A stretch of 63,922 nt of DNA, the filler included, from Octopus bimaculoides (taxonomy: Eukaryota), in assembly GCF_001194135.2 (NCBI RefSeq). It is 5 parts of 2 records of this genome, joined end to end, with 100 filler letters (N's around TTAATTAATTAA, not from the genome) between each part and the next. Parts side by side here need not be neighbours in the genome. Positions count along the whole stretch, not along the records: positions 16,681 to 43,062 come from NC_068983.1; 4 more parts are not named here. One strand, given 5' to 3'. Shown in pieces: positions 22,281 to 34,535 of this stretch (its first letter is position 1; each line of letters opens with the position of its first letter). A program made the position numbers and the translations under genes. Under the pieces are notes generated by a model. That model saw nothing but the letters and a program-made list of their open reading frames with translations. It was not told the origin of the DNA and ran no database searches.

Positions 22281-24134
22281 AGGAAGTACTCTTTGTAAAA
22301 TGAAATTTCAGACATTGTTATTTGGTCCCACAGCAAGGCACATTCGACAGTTGTCTTCCACTCTAGGTTCAGAGCGACCAATGTATCGTGTGCGAACTTG
22401 GTAGATGGAAACGGAGAAAACATGTCGCATGTGTATGTATATTTTGCGTGTGTGTGCGTATATATATAAGTATATACGGAAGTGTGCTTTTCTGTATGTG
22501 CGTGAGTATATATATATATAGATGAACATATAAATATAGATAGATAGATATACGTATGTATATNNNNNNNNNNNNNNNNNNNNNNNNNNNNNNNNNNNNN
22601 NNNNNNNNNNNNNNNNNNNNNNNNNNNNNNNNNNNNNNNNNNNNNNNNNNNNNNNNNNNNNNNNNNNNNNNNNNNNNNNNNNNNNNNNNNNNNNNNNNNN
22701 NNNNNNNNNNNNNNNNNNNNNNNNNNNNNNNNNNNNNNNNNNNNNNNNNNNNNNNNNNNNNNNNNNNNNNNNNNNNNNNNNNNNNNNNNNNNNNNNNNNN
22801 NNNNNNNNNNNNNNNNNNNNNNNNNNNNNNNNNNNNNNNNNNNNNNNNNNNNNNNNNNNNNNNNNNNNNNNNNNNNNNNNNNNNNNNNNNNNNNNNNNNN
22901 NNNNNNNNNNNNNNNNNNNNNNNNNNNNNNNNNNNNNNNNNNNNNNNNNNNNNNNNNNNNNNNNNNNNNNNNNNNNNNNNNNNNNNNNNNNNNNNNNNTA
23001 TATATATATATATATACATATATATAGATAGATAGATAGATAGCCAGACAGGCGGCAGACAGACAGAAAGATAGATAGATATACGTATACGTGACTGTCT
23101 ACCTGTATGTATGTATGTATGTATGTATGTATGTACGTATGTATGTATGTCACGCAGCATTAAATAAGTTATATCTGTGTAAACCCATATATAATAAGCT
23201 CAAACACTTAGACATGGGAAGACTTTCCACAGTGGAAATAATATCGGAAGATAATTCACTTTCTAGACGACATGTGTGAAAACACGTTCGACTATGAATG
23301 ACGTCATAGCATGGTAAGCTGCAAGCGCTTCTGTGGTCTTTTGCGTCGTTGGCTACGAAACTGCACATCTGCCCTTCTCAACCCGAAAACAACGAATTCT
23401 CTCTGATGTTTGAACATCAAACGGCGCGGTTACTAACATGTGCATAGTTTGGTCACGAATTTATTTTATTTAACACTGCATCGTGTGTGTTCATGTACTT
23501 AATTCCAACCTGACCAATCTGTATGGACATGGTGCTAGGAAAACTAGGCTGTTGATAATGGTCTCCTCATGTAGCTAATATTTTACTGTTCGTATTTTTA
23601 TGTCAGTTACCATCATAGTTTCAATTGGTGGAGACCGTGCGGTTGCCTTTGTTACGGTTGTCAACCTCTAAAATTTATTACTCATTTTGTCACATTCTGT
23701 AGTTCGACTGGATCAATATTGCAATGTCAGTTAATAAAGAGAGAAGCGTTTAAGAGGAAGAATAAAGTAAACAGATGTGCTTATGAATAAAAGAAATACA
23801 AGAACTCAAAACATAGGCTAACGTAAATTACTACTCAAGCTGCACGAATAACTGCCCTGAAGAATAAAGGAATGGAACAGGGCATTGCATGAAATTCCGT
23901 TTATGAACAAAACACATATCCTCTGCAATACCCATCCAATATAACAGCACAAAATATTTTCTATTGAATGACCATCAAACAATATTCACAGCAGATAGTC
24001 TTCCCAATGAACAGGTATTAAAACAACGCTGACAGTCACGCAATTGATTCACCACCTTAAAACACCCAAAACTTATATGCTACATCGTTGTCATCCATTA
24101 ATATAAGACATTCCATAAAGTCCATACTCTATGC

Positions 24135-24287
24135 CAGTGGTTCTCAATTGGGGTTCATATGACCCTTAGGGTCCGTATAAGATGATTTGTTAAAATTCGT
24201 TATATTTCTACAATGCAACAAATATTTTAACAATTTTTTTTTTCTAAAATATAGCTCCAAATAATGTTTAATTCTTAAAATATACAC
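24135..24287 (-). mobile_element. hAT-like MITE end truncated by a family A SINE
   Basis: CAGTGGTTCTCAATTGGGGTTCATATGACCC...; opposite-orientation relative of the 3127 element. Confidence 0.65.
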
Positions 24288-24529
24288 TCTTTTACTTTTT
24301 ACTCTTTTATTTGTTTCAGTCATTTGACTGCGGCCATGCTGGAGCACCGCATTTAGTCGAGCAAATCGACCCCAGGACTTATTCTTTGTAAGCCTAGTAC
24401 TTATTCAATCAGTCTCTTTTGCCGAACTGCTAATTTACGCGGACGTAAACACACCACCATCGGTTGTCAAGCGATGGTGGGGGGACAAACACAGACACAC
24501 AGACACACACACACACACACACACACACA
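24288..24529 (-). mobile_element. Family A SINE body
   Basis: CAGTCATTTGACTGCGGCCATGCTGGAGCACCGC...GGTTGTCAAGCGATGGTGGGGGGACAAAC, then (CA)n and a gap. Confidence 0.9.
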
Positions 24530-24749
24530 NNNNNNNNNNNNNNNNNNNNNNNNNNNNNNNNNNNNNNNNNNNNNNNNNNNNNNNNNNNNNNNNNNNNNNN
24601 NNNNNNNNNNNNNNNNNNNNNNNNNNNNNNNNNNNNNNNNNNNNNNNNNNNNNNNNNNNNNNNNNNNNNNNNNNNNNNNNNNNNNNNNNNAATAAAAGAG
24701 GTCTATAGGCAAAATATGATTGAGAACCGTGCTATGCGCAATCAACGTT

Positions 24750-25127
24750 ATGCAATGGCCCAGTGGTTAGGGCAGCAGACTCGCAGTCATAGGATCGCGG
24801 TTTCGATTCCCAGACCGGGCGTTGTGAGTGTTTATTGAGCGAAAACACCTAAAGCCCCACAAGGCTCCGGCAGATGATAATGGCGAACCCTGCTGTACTC
24901 TTTCACTACAACTTTCTCTCACTCTTACTTCCTGTTTCAGTTGTGCCTGTAATTCAAAGGGTCGGCCCTGTCACACTGTGTCACGCTGAATATCCCCGAG
25001 AACTACGTTAAGGGTACACATGTCTGTGGATTGCTCAGCCACTTGCACGTTAATTTCACGAGCAGGCTGTTTCGTTGATCGGATCAACTGGAACCCTCGT
25101 CGTTGTAAGCGACGGAGTGCCAACAAC
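24750..25127 (+). mobile_element. Family C SINE with tail T2, full length
   Basis: tRNA-like head, CCCTGCTGTACTCTTTCAC core, tail ending GACGGAGTGCCAACAAC. Confidence 0.9.
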
Positions 25128-27619
25128 TATAGATCACACAACACAGATTACACAGCACATACAAAACACTACCACCTTCCACCTAAATACAAATTGTATA
25201 TAATCTACAAAACACAGAAGCAAGATCCTTGTCAAAGCAACGCTAATCTAGCAATAACTACAATTCTAAAATCTTCAGTAACAAGATGCACACGCGTCAG
25301 TAACAAAGCGCAGAATCTGGAAGTGTAGGGGGAAAAATTGCATACAAATATATTCGTTTTCAGCGATGTATGGGTCTCTATGGAACCACATGGGGCTTTC
25401 GAAGCACCGGGATATAATCAGGAGAAAATCAGTAAAAACAAGCAAAAGCCAATGAATTGAATATGTACAAAACAACAAAAAATGAGAAATAGAGAAAATT
25501 TGAGGTGTAATTGAAACGAAAGTGGTTGCCATGGAAAAAGTGAAATCAAAAATAGTTCCTACTTTTCAAAAACACTTTCTATGACCTCAGTATTGATCTT
25601 TTAAAATATATTCCCTCAGGCTTCAAAGGAAATTTGCAAGTAAAGCGATGAATTTTGTTATTAACTGAGATATTTATCTACAAGACTGTCGATGGCATTG
25701 TTCTTACAATGAAAGGGAAAACTTTGGCATTGATATTAATATTAATTTTATCATAAGTTGTTTATTTACTTCACAACCACGGACGGCTAAACCTTGTCTG
25801 CTGAATATATTGACAAAAACAGCTTAACATCGACTAGTGACAACATAGAAATGTATACAAGATATGTTAAATACAGTTTAATAAGATTCTAGAGCTAGAG
25901 TTGTACCATATGTGATTGGTAAAGCAATCCCCAAAATCTTTATACTCTAAAAGTAAATACGGAAAAGGAAAATTAACCAAACAGAAACAAGAAACTGAAC
26001 TATATAGAACCACGTAACAAGACGAATCTCTCTATGTACCGCTAAGTAAAAAAAAATAGCAAAAACGCAAACAAGTTTAGCAGAAATAGAGCAGAGCAAT
26101 ATTATTAGAAATAACAAGCTGTCTTTACTTTTAAATGAAATCTTTCATGCATTTTTCAAGGAATTAACTTAGGAAATGTAGCGGGAAAAATATTTCGAAA
26201 TATGTACACAAAGGAATAGTTTAACATTACCAAATGTACGAAGCCATCAACAAATTAATAATGTTAGTTTAGCAGGAAAATCTGCAGCAGAAATATTACA
26301 GCAAGGTGATGCTAGAGAACTCGAACAATAAAAGCAGGGACTATGAAGAATACACACAAAGCAAGCAGGGACTATGAATACTACACAACAAACTGTACCT
26401 CACAACAGAGATTAAGTCACAGTAACTAACTAGTAGACAGGTATGAACCTAAAACAGCCAATTAATAATCTTACAAAAACAGCGCAATTAGTGCCAATAC
26501 AAATCAGTGGATGTAGTAAATATAATGAATGAAATTCCCAAATGAATGAAATTAGTAAATATAACAGACAAAATTATCAAAGAAAAAACGTTTGAAATGA
26601 TTAACTTGAAGACAGACGAATAACCTGCAAAATATCGTGTAACATAAAAAAAAACTAGACTAACTGTATATTAGATAATTTCCGAGCAAAATGATATAAT
26701 GAATTAATATCTTAAAGCAAATACCGGTACCACCGATTTATTGTAACAGCGAATAGCGTCAAAATAAAGGAAGACGTCTAGAAAATCTAAAATAGGTTCA
26801 GTTTTGAAACTAAAGATTCAGCAGTTCTATTGTAAAAGAAACAATACAAGTAAAATAAGCGGGGCTGAAAACAAAATCACTATCATGTCTTCTCACAAAA
26901 AAATTGTTACAAAGAAAGCATAAAACTGAAAACGAACTGTAAGTTAAATGTCAGAAAAAAATTATTCATTCAACAATAGAAGGTTAAAACCAAAGTTTGG
27001 ACAATGAAAAGGTAACAGAAAGGAATCAATTAATTTAAACAAAATAAAATAACATTTCGATAAAAGAAGCCATTACGGGAAATTATATGACAAAACACTC
27101 CGCAAGTAAACAGAAACTAGAAACCTTTAGGAGGAAACTAGAAAAGCGCCATTAAATGAATGAATAGTTCATAGAACAAAAGAACGGTAAATTTTGTGGC
27201 ACCACAAGAATGGCGAATAAAATGAAAGCTATAAGAGAAAATGACAGTTGGAAAATCACTTGTGGTAGACAAATTATAAATTATTTAGATAAAACATCCG
27301 CATGTCTTACACCCAAATGTGTTATACACCAAATGCTCTAATAAAATGATAAAATGCACATTTCAAATGCTAGAATAGTTGACGTAAGGAAAAATCGTTT
27401 TAGCTTAAAACAGAGACGGCTGACTGAGAATGTTACATCCAGTCAGCTTCTTCTGACTCCTACAAAATACTACAATCAGTAAAAAAAGAAAACAAAATGT
27501 TATGTTACACTTGGACAGAAAAGTTGCAGAAATCGGTAATTTAGCTGTAAAACCCCAGCTTGTGATAAACATGGCAATATTAGAGAGAAAGTAGGTAAAA
27601 AGAGAAGTGTTTACATATT

Positions 27620-27790
27620 GGTTTCAAATTTTGGCACCAGATCAGGAATTTCGAAGGAGAGAGTAAGTGGATTACATCGCTCCAGGGTTGACCTCGAAAG
27701 AATGCAAGGCCTATCGACCTCGGTGGAGAGAACATAAAGACGGGCGAAATACCGCTAAGCATTTTGCCTTGCGTGCTAGTGGTTTTGTCT
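27620..27790 (-). mobile_element. Family B copy
   Basis: GATTACATCG...GACCTCGAAAGAATG...AAATACCGCTAAGCATTTTGCC..GCGTGCTA. Confidence 0.7.
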
Positions 27791-28255
27791 GAATAGATCA
27801 TAAAAATGGGTATTACATTATGTTACATTCATGAAGCCTTGGGTCAGTGGAAATGTGGAAATAATCACCATAAAGACTAGGTCTCACGAGAATGAATAAA
27901 AGTTCGTTTCGTTGTTAGATCAAAAATTGGGTATCTTACATTCTGATGTAACTGAGATCTTTCGTCCCTTTAGTGAATGAGGTTCAACATTTGCTGAAGC
28001 ACTTGCACGTTATTACAGTGAGCATGGTTTGTGCAGAAGAAGCCTCATTCTTACTTCCGTCAAACTTGTATTGGTCTGGTGCAACAGGTGCCACCGGCCC
28101 CATAATTATCAGGATGCAAGATTTGTATGGCGTTGTCTTCTCCTAGCCGAGCGGCTAAAGAGAAGAAGGGTTACATTTGTCCTGGGTCTATTGTGGTGTC
28201 TTCAAGTAACCTTCTTCCGGAGGTAATTCCATGACATGCTAATTAGCTCACAGCT

Positions 28256-28400
28256 GGGACCCTGACAGGTTCCGTTACTCCGAATCAGGGAAGACTTGGA
28301 AGCAATAATGACTAAGACGGGGTTAATCACTCCTCAAAACCCTGGGACTGTCGAGTCAGAACCCCACGACCAGATGCAGTTTAAAATCAAACTCAGGACA
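28256..28400 (+). mobile_element. Family F dispersed repeat
   Basis: GGGACCCTGACAGG..C.GTTACTCCGAATCAGGG; a second copy at 33551-33640 (GGGACCCTGACAAATACTACCACTCAGAGTCAG). Confidence 0.5.
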
Positions 28401-29250
28401 AATAATCGGATGTAATCCATAATAAAACGGAATTATTTTAATATGATTTGTTCCACCATTTTGTTATGTTAGGCTCTTGCCCCGCCAACTGTCTTTCTAA
28501 CCGGTGTAGGGAAAGGGAGAGGCCATGATTATCTCTAATAAATGTAGATGAGAGGAAATTCGTGACACAGCTTGACCAGTTTTGCCAGGCTGTAAAACTT
28601 TACAGTTGCGATATCAGTTTGTACTTGGAGATTGAAAATGTGAGAGGGAAACTTTCAAAAGAGGAAAGAGGAACATGTCCGTTAATAATTAGAATTAAAT
28701 CAGATAGACGTTAAAGGAATTGAGAACAAATGGCAGATATGCATATCTAGGGATCTGCTAAGATGAATAGGTTCAGGACGCTAGCACGACAGAAAGAAGC
28801 TGAAAGACAGAGAACGCAACATGCAAAACAATATGGGAACAATAAGAGTCCCAGCAGCATGTCAAAGCTTTAATATGGTAAACTGGATTAAGTAAGAATA
28901 ATAATACACTCCAAAACAAACAAGAATATTGAAAACGTTTGACATTACATCAACGAAAAGTCGACGCACTTCAAACAAAGAAAGATACCCTCTGCGTAAT
29001 GAGATGTCATGTAAAACCGGTACAACTGGAGTATGCGGTTACCTATAAAAAGACAAAATATTCTGTGATATGAAATAGTGAAAAACACGCACACACACAC
29101 AAAAATATATAAATAAATAAGAGTTGTTCTCAGCATACAAACGCATACAAAATTGTTTAGGAGAAATAGGCACTTCACCGACAGACACCTCAAAACCATA
29201 AACACAAATATATGGGTAAGAAAAAGCAGGCATACGACAAAAAAATCAAG

Positions 29251-29325
<75 letters not shown>

Positions 29326-29949
29326 TTCACGTGCGTTAAACTAATACATCTGTTTGTTGACTACACCATCTGTCTTTGTCTTCCGTTTTTTTTTGTGAAA
29401 CGGCAGGAACACAAAAAGAAGTTAAATAATTAAAGAAAGCAATAAAACCGATTCCAATAGAGAAAATCATTACAGAATGGGAACTGAACTTCATCAATAT
29501 ACCATTCGGTACAGATTAAAATAAATTACATTGTGTCTAGCATCAGAGCAATACTTGACTTCAAGGAATTAAAAGGGAAGATTGAGGTACTGGTATTCAC
29601 GATTCAGAAACAGCGTGCCCCAACTGGTTATTACCAGAATGCAACATGTGCGGAAGGTTTTTGAGAATATCGCTCCGGACACAAATTATATCAAAGGAAA
29701 TGCAAATAAATGTAAGTCTGCTTGCGTTTCAAAAGTATAGCAGGCCATCCAAAGGCTATGTGCATTGACTCTTCCTTCAAAACTCAACACTCAGTCCAGA
29801 ATTCGTTCCGCATCATTGCAAGATGATGGTGTGTTACTCCTGGTAATTGGCGCAATCTGACTTTTTCTCAACACGTAATGGCATAGAGGAAGGGGCAATC
29901 GTTTCGGCCATCCTCGGCACTGAAGTAAGATTTTCTAATAAAAGTAAAT

Positions 29950-30500
29950 TCTCAATCATGACCAGTATTGCTGGCTCCATCAGTCTCCTTCAATCTCTGT
30001 TCTCTGCTGTCTTTCTAGCATCTCAAATGGCGCGTTTGAAATATTTTGAAATATTTTAACCTGTGAGCTTTTTGCCGTGCCTTATCAGTCATATCACTTT
30101 TCATTCTACTCCTCGATGGAATATAGTACCATGGTTTTGCGGTATTTGTATGACAACACGACATGCTTATCCATGCAAACTCTGTCAGATTACATGTCAT
30201 GCTTTTTTACTCTTATCATCGCAATGTTTACAATGTGCTCTACTGCTCTGCCTAAGTGACAACAAGTTCGCCAAATGTCAATATTAATGCGTATGTTCCA
30301 GGCTGTCATTCTTGTCTTGTCTTCCACTTTCATTATATTACTACACAAGCAAGTGGAGCCATGTACAGCGAACAGATACAGGCTGTCACTTCATCTTATC
30401 TTCGATCTTAAAAACCATACATGTAGTGTCATATGCCTTTTTCTGACGATTGAGAACCACAACATTCACTATATCGGCCATGTTTTCTTTCAACAATTAT
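29950..30500 (-). mobile_element. RTE-type LINE 3' region, decayed
   Basis: Reverse strand ends ...ARQKAHRLKYF...KTAENRD*RRLM (RTE pattern GR.R.KY...AE.R..WRRL with TGG to TGA). Confidence 0.45.
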
Positions 30501-30886
30501 TTATACTAAAAGCCCTTTTGTATTTTGGTAGTCAAACATATATGTTTTCCCCTTACTTTTTTTTCATCAATTGTAAGTGGAGGTGGCATAAATTTTGTGA
30601 CACATCTGTCTCACATTTTTTTTTTCAGAAATTTGACGCATATTTAGTATTATTTTCTCTCAGGTAACATTGGTAAAAGAATTACTGCTTTTGTTGCCTG
30701 TAAATCTTTGTTTCATTGTTATTTACCGTTTTTGAAATTGTAATTTGTTGTGGACTGTGCAAATTTCTGAATTTGCTTGTTTATGAGTGGACATATTTTT
30801 TCATTATGTTTATCAAATTTGTTACCTCGGTTTTGTACAAAAGTAAAAAAAAAACCAAGATGCCAGACGAAGTGTTGCTAGACAAG

Positions 30887-30959
<73 letters not shown>

Positions 30960-31390
30960 GATTTGCTTGTCAGTTGTTTGACCTTAACTAGTTGAGCATG
31001 TCCCTTAGTGGCTGACGATATGTGCATCTCAGATCACGAGCGGAAGTAGTGGCGGAGCATAAATAGCCATGTGATGAAAGGAATTCTTTGGGGTTTGAAT
31101 AATTCACCTCTGTAAACATGGGTGTTTCGTTCAACACCCTCAAACAACTCTTATTCAGGGACCTTTTGAGTGGTATGGGCTACTTGACATGAAGAAAATT
31201 CTAATTGGGCCCTACCTGCAAGGTCATGCGCTGTTTATCTTGATACGAGATCCCTATGTCGCGCACATGTGGTTGTGATGCCTGTGCCTGGTGTACCCTT
31301 ATCAGACGGGTAGTGATGATGGGTATAATGGGCTTCGTATATTTTACCCCAGCGTCACTTTGATGGCATGCACTGCTCTCTCACTCAATA
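30960..31390 (+). mobile_element. ~430-bp dispersed non-coding repeat embedded in (AAT)n
   Basis: GC-balanced block (GAGCATGTCCCTTAGTGGCTGACGATATGTGC...GCACTGCTCTCTCACTC) with pure (AAT)n on the left and (AAT/GAT)n on the right; recalled as a common octopus repeat, single copy here. Confidence 0.5.
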
Positions 31391-31569
31391 ATGATAATGA
31401 TAATGATGATGGTGATGACGACAACAACGCCGCCGACGACGACGACGATGATAACTGATGACGAGGATTATGAGGATGATAATGATGATGATGATGATGA
31501 GGAGGAGGAGGAGGAGGAAGTGGAGGAGTAGGATAGTGATGATGATGACAAAGACGACGGCACGACAAT

Positions 31570-31860
31570 GATTCTCTATCACAGCCTGTGGTTGATGTTC
31601 ATACCAAAGAAATAGAAAAAAAAAATTGAAAAATATCAGGACCCAATCAGAGAACTGAAGAGAGTGTGGGAGATTAAAGCAACAATTATTCTTGTAGTAA
31701 TTGGTGCACGTGACACAACAGCCAAAATACTATTTGAACTATATTCCAATTGAGACTTGCACCGTCAACCTGTAGAGAAGTACCATTCTGTTGTCAGTAA
31801 GAATCCAAAGAAAGATTGTTGAGATTTGTGGAGACTTGTCGTCACCAAACCTCGAGATAG
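31570..31860 (+). mobile_element. R4/Dong-like restriction-like endonuclease C-terminus
   Basis: KEIEKKIEKYQDPIRELKRVWEIKATIILVVIGARDT, the KE.EK..KY..L..E...W....PVV.GALG pattern. Confidence 0.75.
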
Positions 31861-32649
31861 TTAGATACACAGTAACACAGTAACGGTTCTCTTCATATAA
31901 CTTTCACCAAATTTTTGCTGTTTGAAAACAAATCCGTTTAGTGCTTTATGAACCTCGCTTTCATTACAAATAACTATGAATATGCAGATTAACGACAAGA
32001 AATCTAATAATAATCTTAATAGACTTTTCCATGACATATCGACATATCATTATCAAATATCCATGATCTACCAAAGTGAATTGAAAAGACGTAAGACGTA
32101 TACTAGGCTTGTTCTTACATTGTAGCGAAATACAGTGTTTAAGGATTGTGGCGATCATTCTGTTTTTAATTGGTACAACTTGACTCGTACTCAACTATTT
32201 TTAAGAGACATCGATCGATTATCTGTAATGAGAGACAAAATAAAATCATATTCCAGAAAATAACAATTATATGATCTTAAAGGACACTCTCATACAGTAT
32301 TTGCCAACATTTCACACATTTAGGAATATGCTTCAGTCTCTTAAGTCTCACTTTAACTAACGTAATTGTTGATGTGTTTTGGGACCATGAGTAAAAATGA
32401 AGGGTGAGATATAAAAATGTAGAAGAAAAACAAAATAGAGATTGGTACTTGGATGTTGGATGATTCCCACAATAATTAACAACCAAGTATTAAAGATTAT
32501 AATGTGTAGAAAGAGACCCTGTGAGACCTCTGACAGCAGGCTGCTGTCCGCTCTCACAGAATCTACCGCAGCAAACACGATCGAGCGCTCTGAGAAGTAA
32601 AACAATAATAGTAAATTTAAGAAGAAGTAAAATAGATGTGTTAATAAGC

Positions 32650-34030
32650 AATTTAAATGGAAGGAAAAATACAGAAAAAAATTGATAACTTGAGAGGTGA
32701 AATGTCAGTAGTTGAAGCGGAAACCAGAGATGTAGATGTAAAGACTAGAAAAGCATGCACGTTTAAAAGAAGTGAGAGATCACAGATGATGTGAATCTAT
32801 TGAACACCAAAGAGACTCTAAAACAACGGATCCTGGTCAAGGCACTTTGAGTAAGACGATACGACAAGGGAAGCAAATATTACAAAGAACACAAACCTTT
32901 GAAGCTGATGTAAAGAAATTTTACCGGGAGATAGGGAAACACCCAATTGAGATCAAGGAACCACCTAACATGAACGTGGTTTAACAATTCTGGGAATATG
33001 TATATGAAACAGTCAGAAAAAATGCAATAAAGAAGCTGAATGGATTAATAGAGAAATAATCAGATTGAGAGATGTAAACCATCAGGAATGGCAAGAAATA
33101 GAGCTGCGTGAGTTAAGGCAGGCACTTAGAAAAGCATGTAATTGTTAATCCCCTAAATAGACTAAATCCCTAATTTTTGGCTAAAGGCACTTACAGGGAT
33201 ACATAAAGAACTTGCTAATGAGATTACGTCTATAATACAAGACCAGAACGAACCCAGGGACTGGTTGACAGAAGGCACATCATTTATCTTCTGCACTATC
33301 TGCTTGCGGGAGGGGTACGCATTAACACGGGCTAATTGCCTCTATATTATGAATCTATGGTATTGGATATATCTCATGTTAGTTTTGTCAGCTAACATGA
33401 GGTATGTTAGCTGGCTTAAGGTACGTATTGCCGTAAGGAATGTTTGAAGTAGGCATTATTTTTTGAATTTTCCATCTCCTAGACTAATTGCTTTCGCTGT
33501 AATTAAGGAGCTCAATCTACTCCCGTAAAAAATCTATTCAATCCATAAATGGGACCCTGACAAATACTACCACTCAGAGTCAGAACGGACCTGGGATTAA
33601 TGGTAAGTAAGGAGTGATCCCATGTTCTCTACAACCCCAATACTTCCATATAACTAATTTCGTACGAGCAGACACAAAAAAGTGGAATACAACTCTCTTC
33701 TTAAACCAGTACAAAGGAGTTATACAGTCAGATAACTTAAAATTAATAGCACAATATTATAATATGACTTTCTCTCTCTCTTCTCCTCTTTAGCTTTGCT
33801 CCCTTTCCAATATCGAGTGAGCTCAACAAAAACGAGATTCCAGTATGAGAGGAACAGCAACAACAAGGTCATTAACCATTTGTTTATGTGGACGGCCTCA
33901 AATTGTACTCTTAAAACGACCAGGAATTAGAAGGACTTCAAGCAAATGTGAAGCAATATAGCTATAACATTGGCATGGAACTTGGCTTTGACAAGTGAGA
34001 CAAAGCAAAGTTTAGCTGCACCGGGGTACA
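32650..34030 (+). mobile_element. Second R4/Dong-like element (pre-RT region and RT)
   Basis: KETLKQRI, KKFYREIG, QFWE, AEWI, PNFWLKALTGIHKEL, PRDWLTEGT; later INHL(F/Y)VDGLKLY and NIGMELGFDK (33870-34000). Confidence 0.8.
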
Positions 34031-34070
34031 ATACAGTTATAACATCTTTAATTGAAACTTATCTGATTTT

Positions 34071-34274
34071 CTAGCAGAATCATTAGCACAACAGGCAAAA
34101 TACTTAGAGGCACTTCGACCATCTTTACGTTTTGACTTCAAATTCCGCTGCGGCTGACTTTTCCTTTCATCCAATTACAGTCGATAAAATAAGTAGCAGT
34201 TGAGTACTAGAGTGAATGTAATCGACCAGCATCTTTCCCTAAAAGATTTCAGGCATTTTACCTATTGTAGTAAG
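34071..34274 (+). mobile_element. Family B copy
   Basis: GCAGAATCATTAGCAC...TTCAAATTCCGC...CCTTTCATCC...GTCGATAAAATAAGT...GTAATCGAC...TTTCAGGC. Confidence 0.75.
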
Positions 34275-34465
34275 GACCGTCTGTACGAAGGATTATTTAC
34301 CTAAATTCAGTGGAAAACATCCACTGGTTTTCAAAAATAGAAATATTAATATTTCTGAGTCTCTCTAAAGGAGACTACGGCAGCGGTACTGGATATTAAT
34401 AGTTATTGAAAATCAGTGGATGTATTCCACTGGATTTAGGTAAATAATTCTTCGTACAGGCGGTC
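34275..34465. repeat. Foldback: 60-bp inverted arms, 55/60 identical
   Basis: 34275-34334 versus the reverse complement of 34406-34465; each arm holds an internal CAGTGGA-N5-TCCACTG palindrome. Confidence 0.9.
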
Positions 34466-34493
34466 GGTAGGGACGCCTGCTGCGTTCGGCTGC

Positions 34494-34535
34494 TCTACAT
34501 TGATAAGGGGCAATAACCCGAAACTAGTCTGTAGA
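34494..34535 (+). ncRNA. Type-I hammerhead ribozyme, U3-A8 variant, palindromic stem III
   Basis: UCUACA | UUGAUAA | GGG-GCAAUAA-CCC | GAAA | CUAGU | C | UGUAGA: stem I 6/6 bp, all core positions present, predicted cleavage after GUC (C34529). Confidence 0.8.

Larger units (their letters stand above)
25900..29800 (+). mobile_element. Ancient R4/Dong-like element, heavily decayed and interrupted by younger repeats
   Basis: A-rich sense strand with collinear remnants: KQNK..F (~27040), SWK..G.D.I.N (~27250), KPQLVINMAILE (~27550), QLDQFCQAVKLYSCDI (~28570), KGKIEVLVFTIQKQ (~29575). Confidence 0.55.

Noticed and set aside
29890-29925. Minus-strand CCGAGGATGGCCGAAACG hammerhead-like string
   Set aside because: U4 missing, no stem II and no stem I can be formed.
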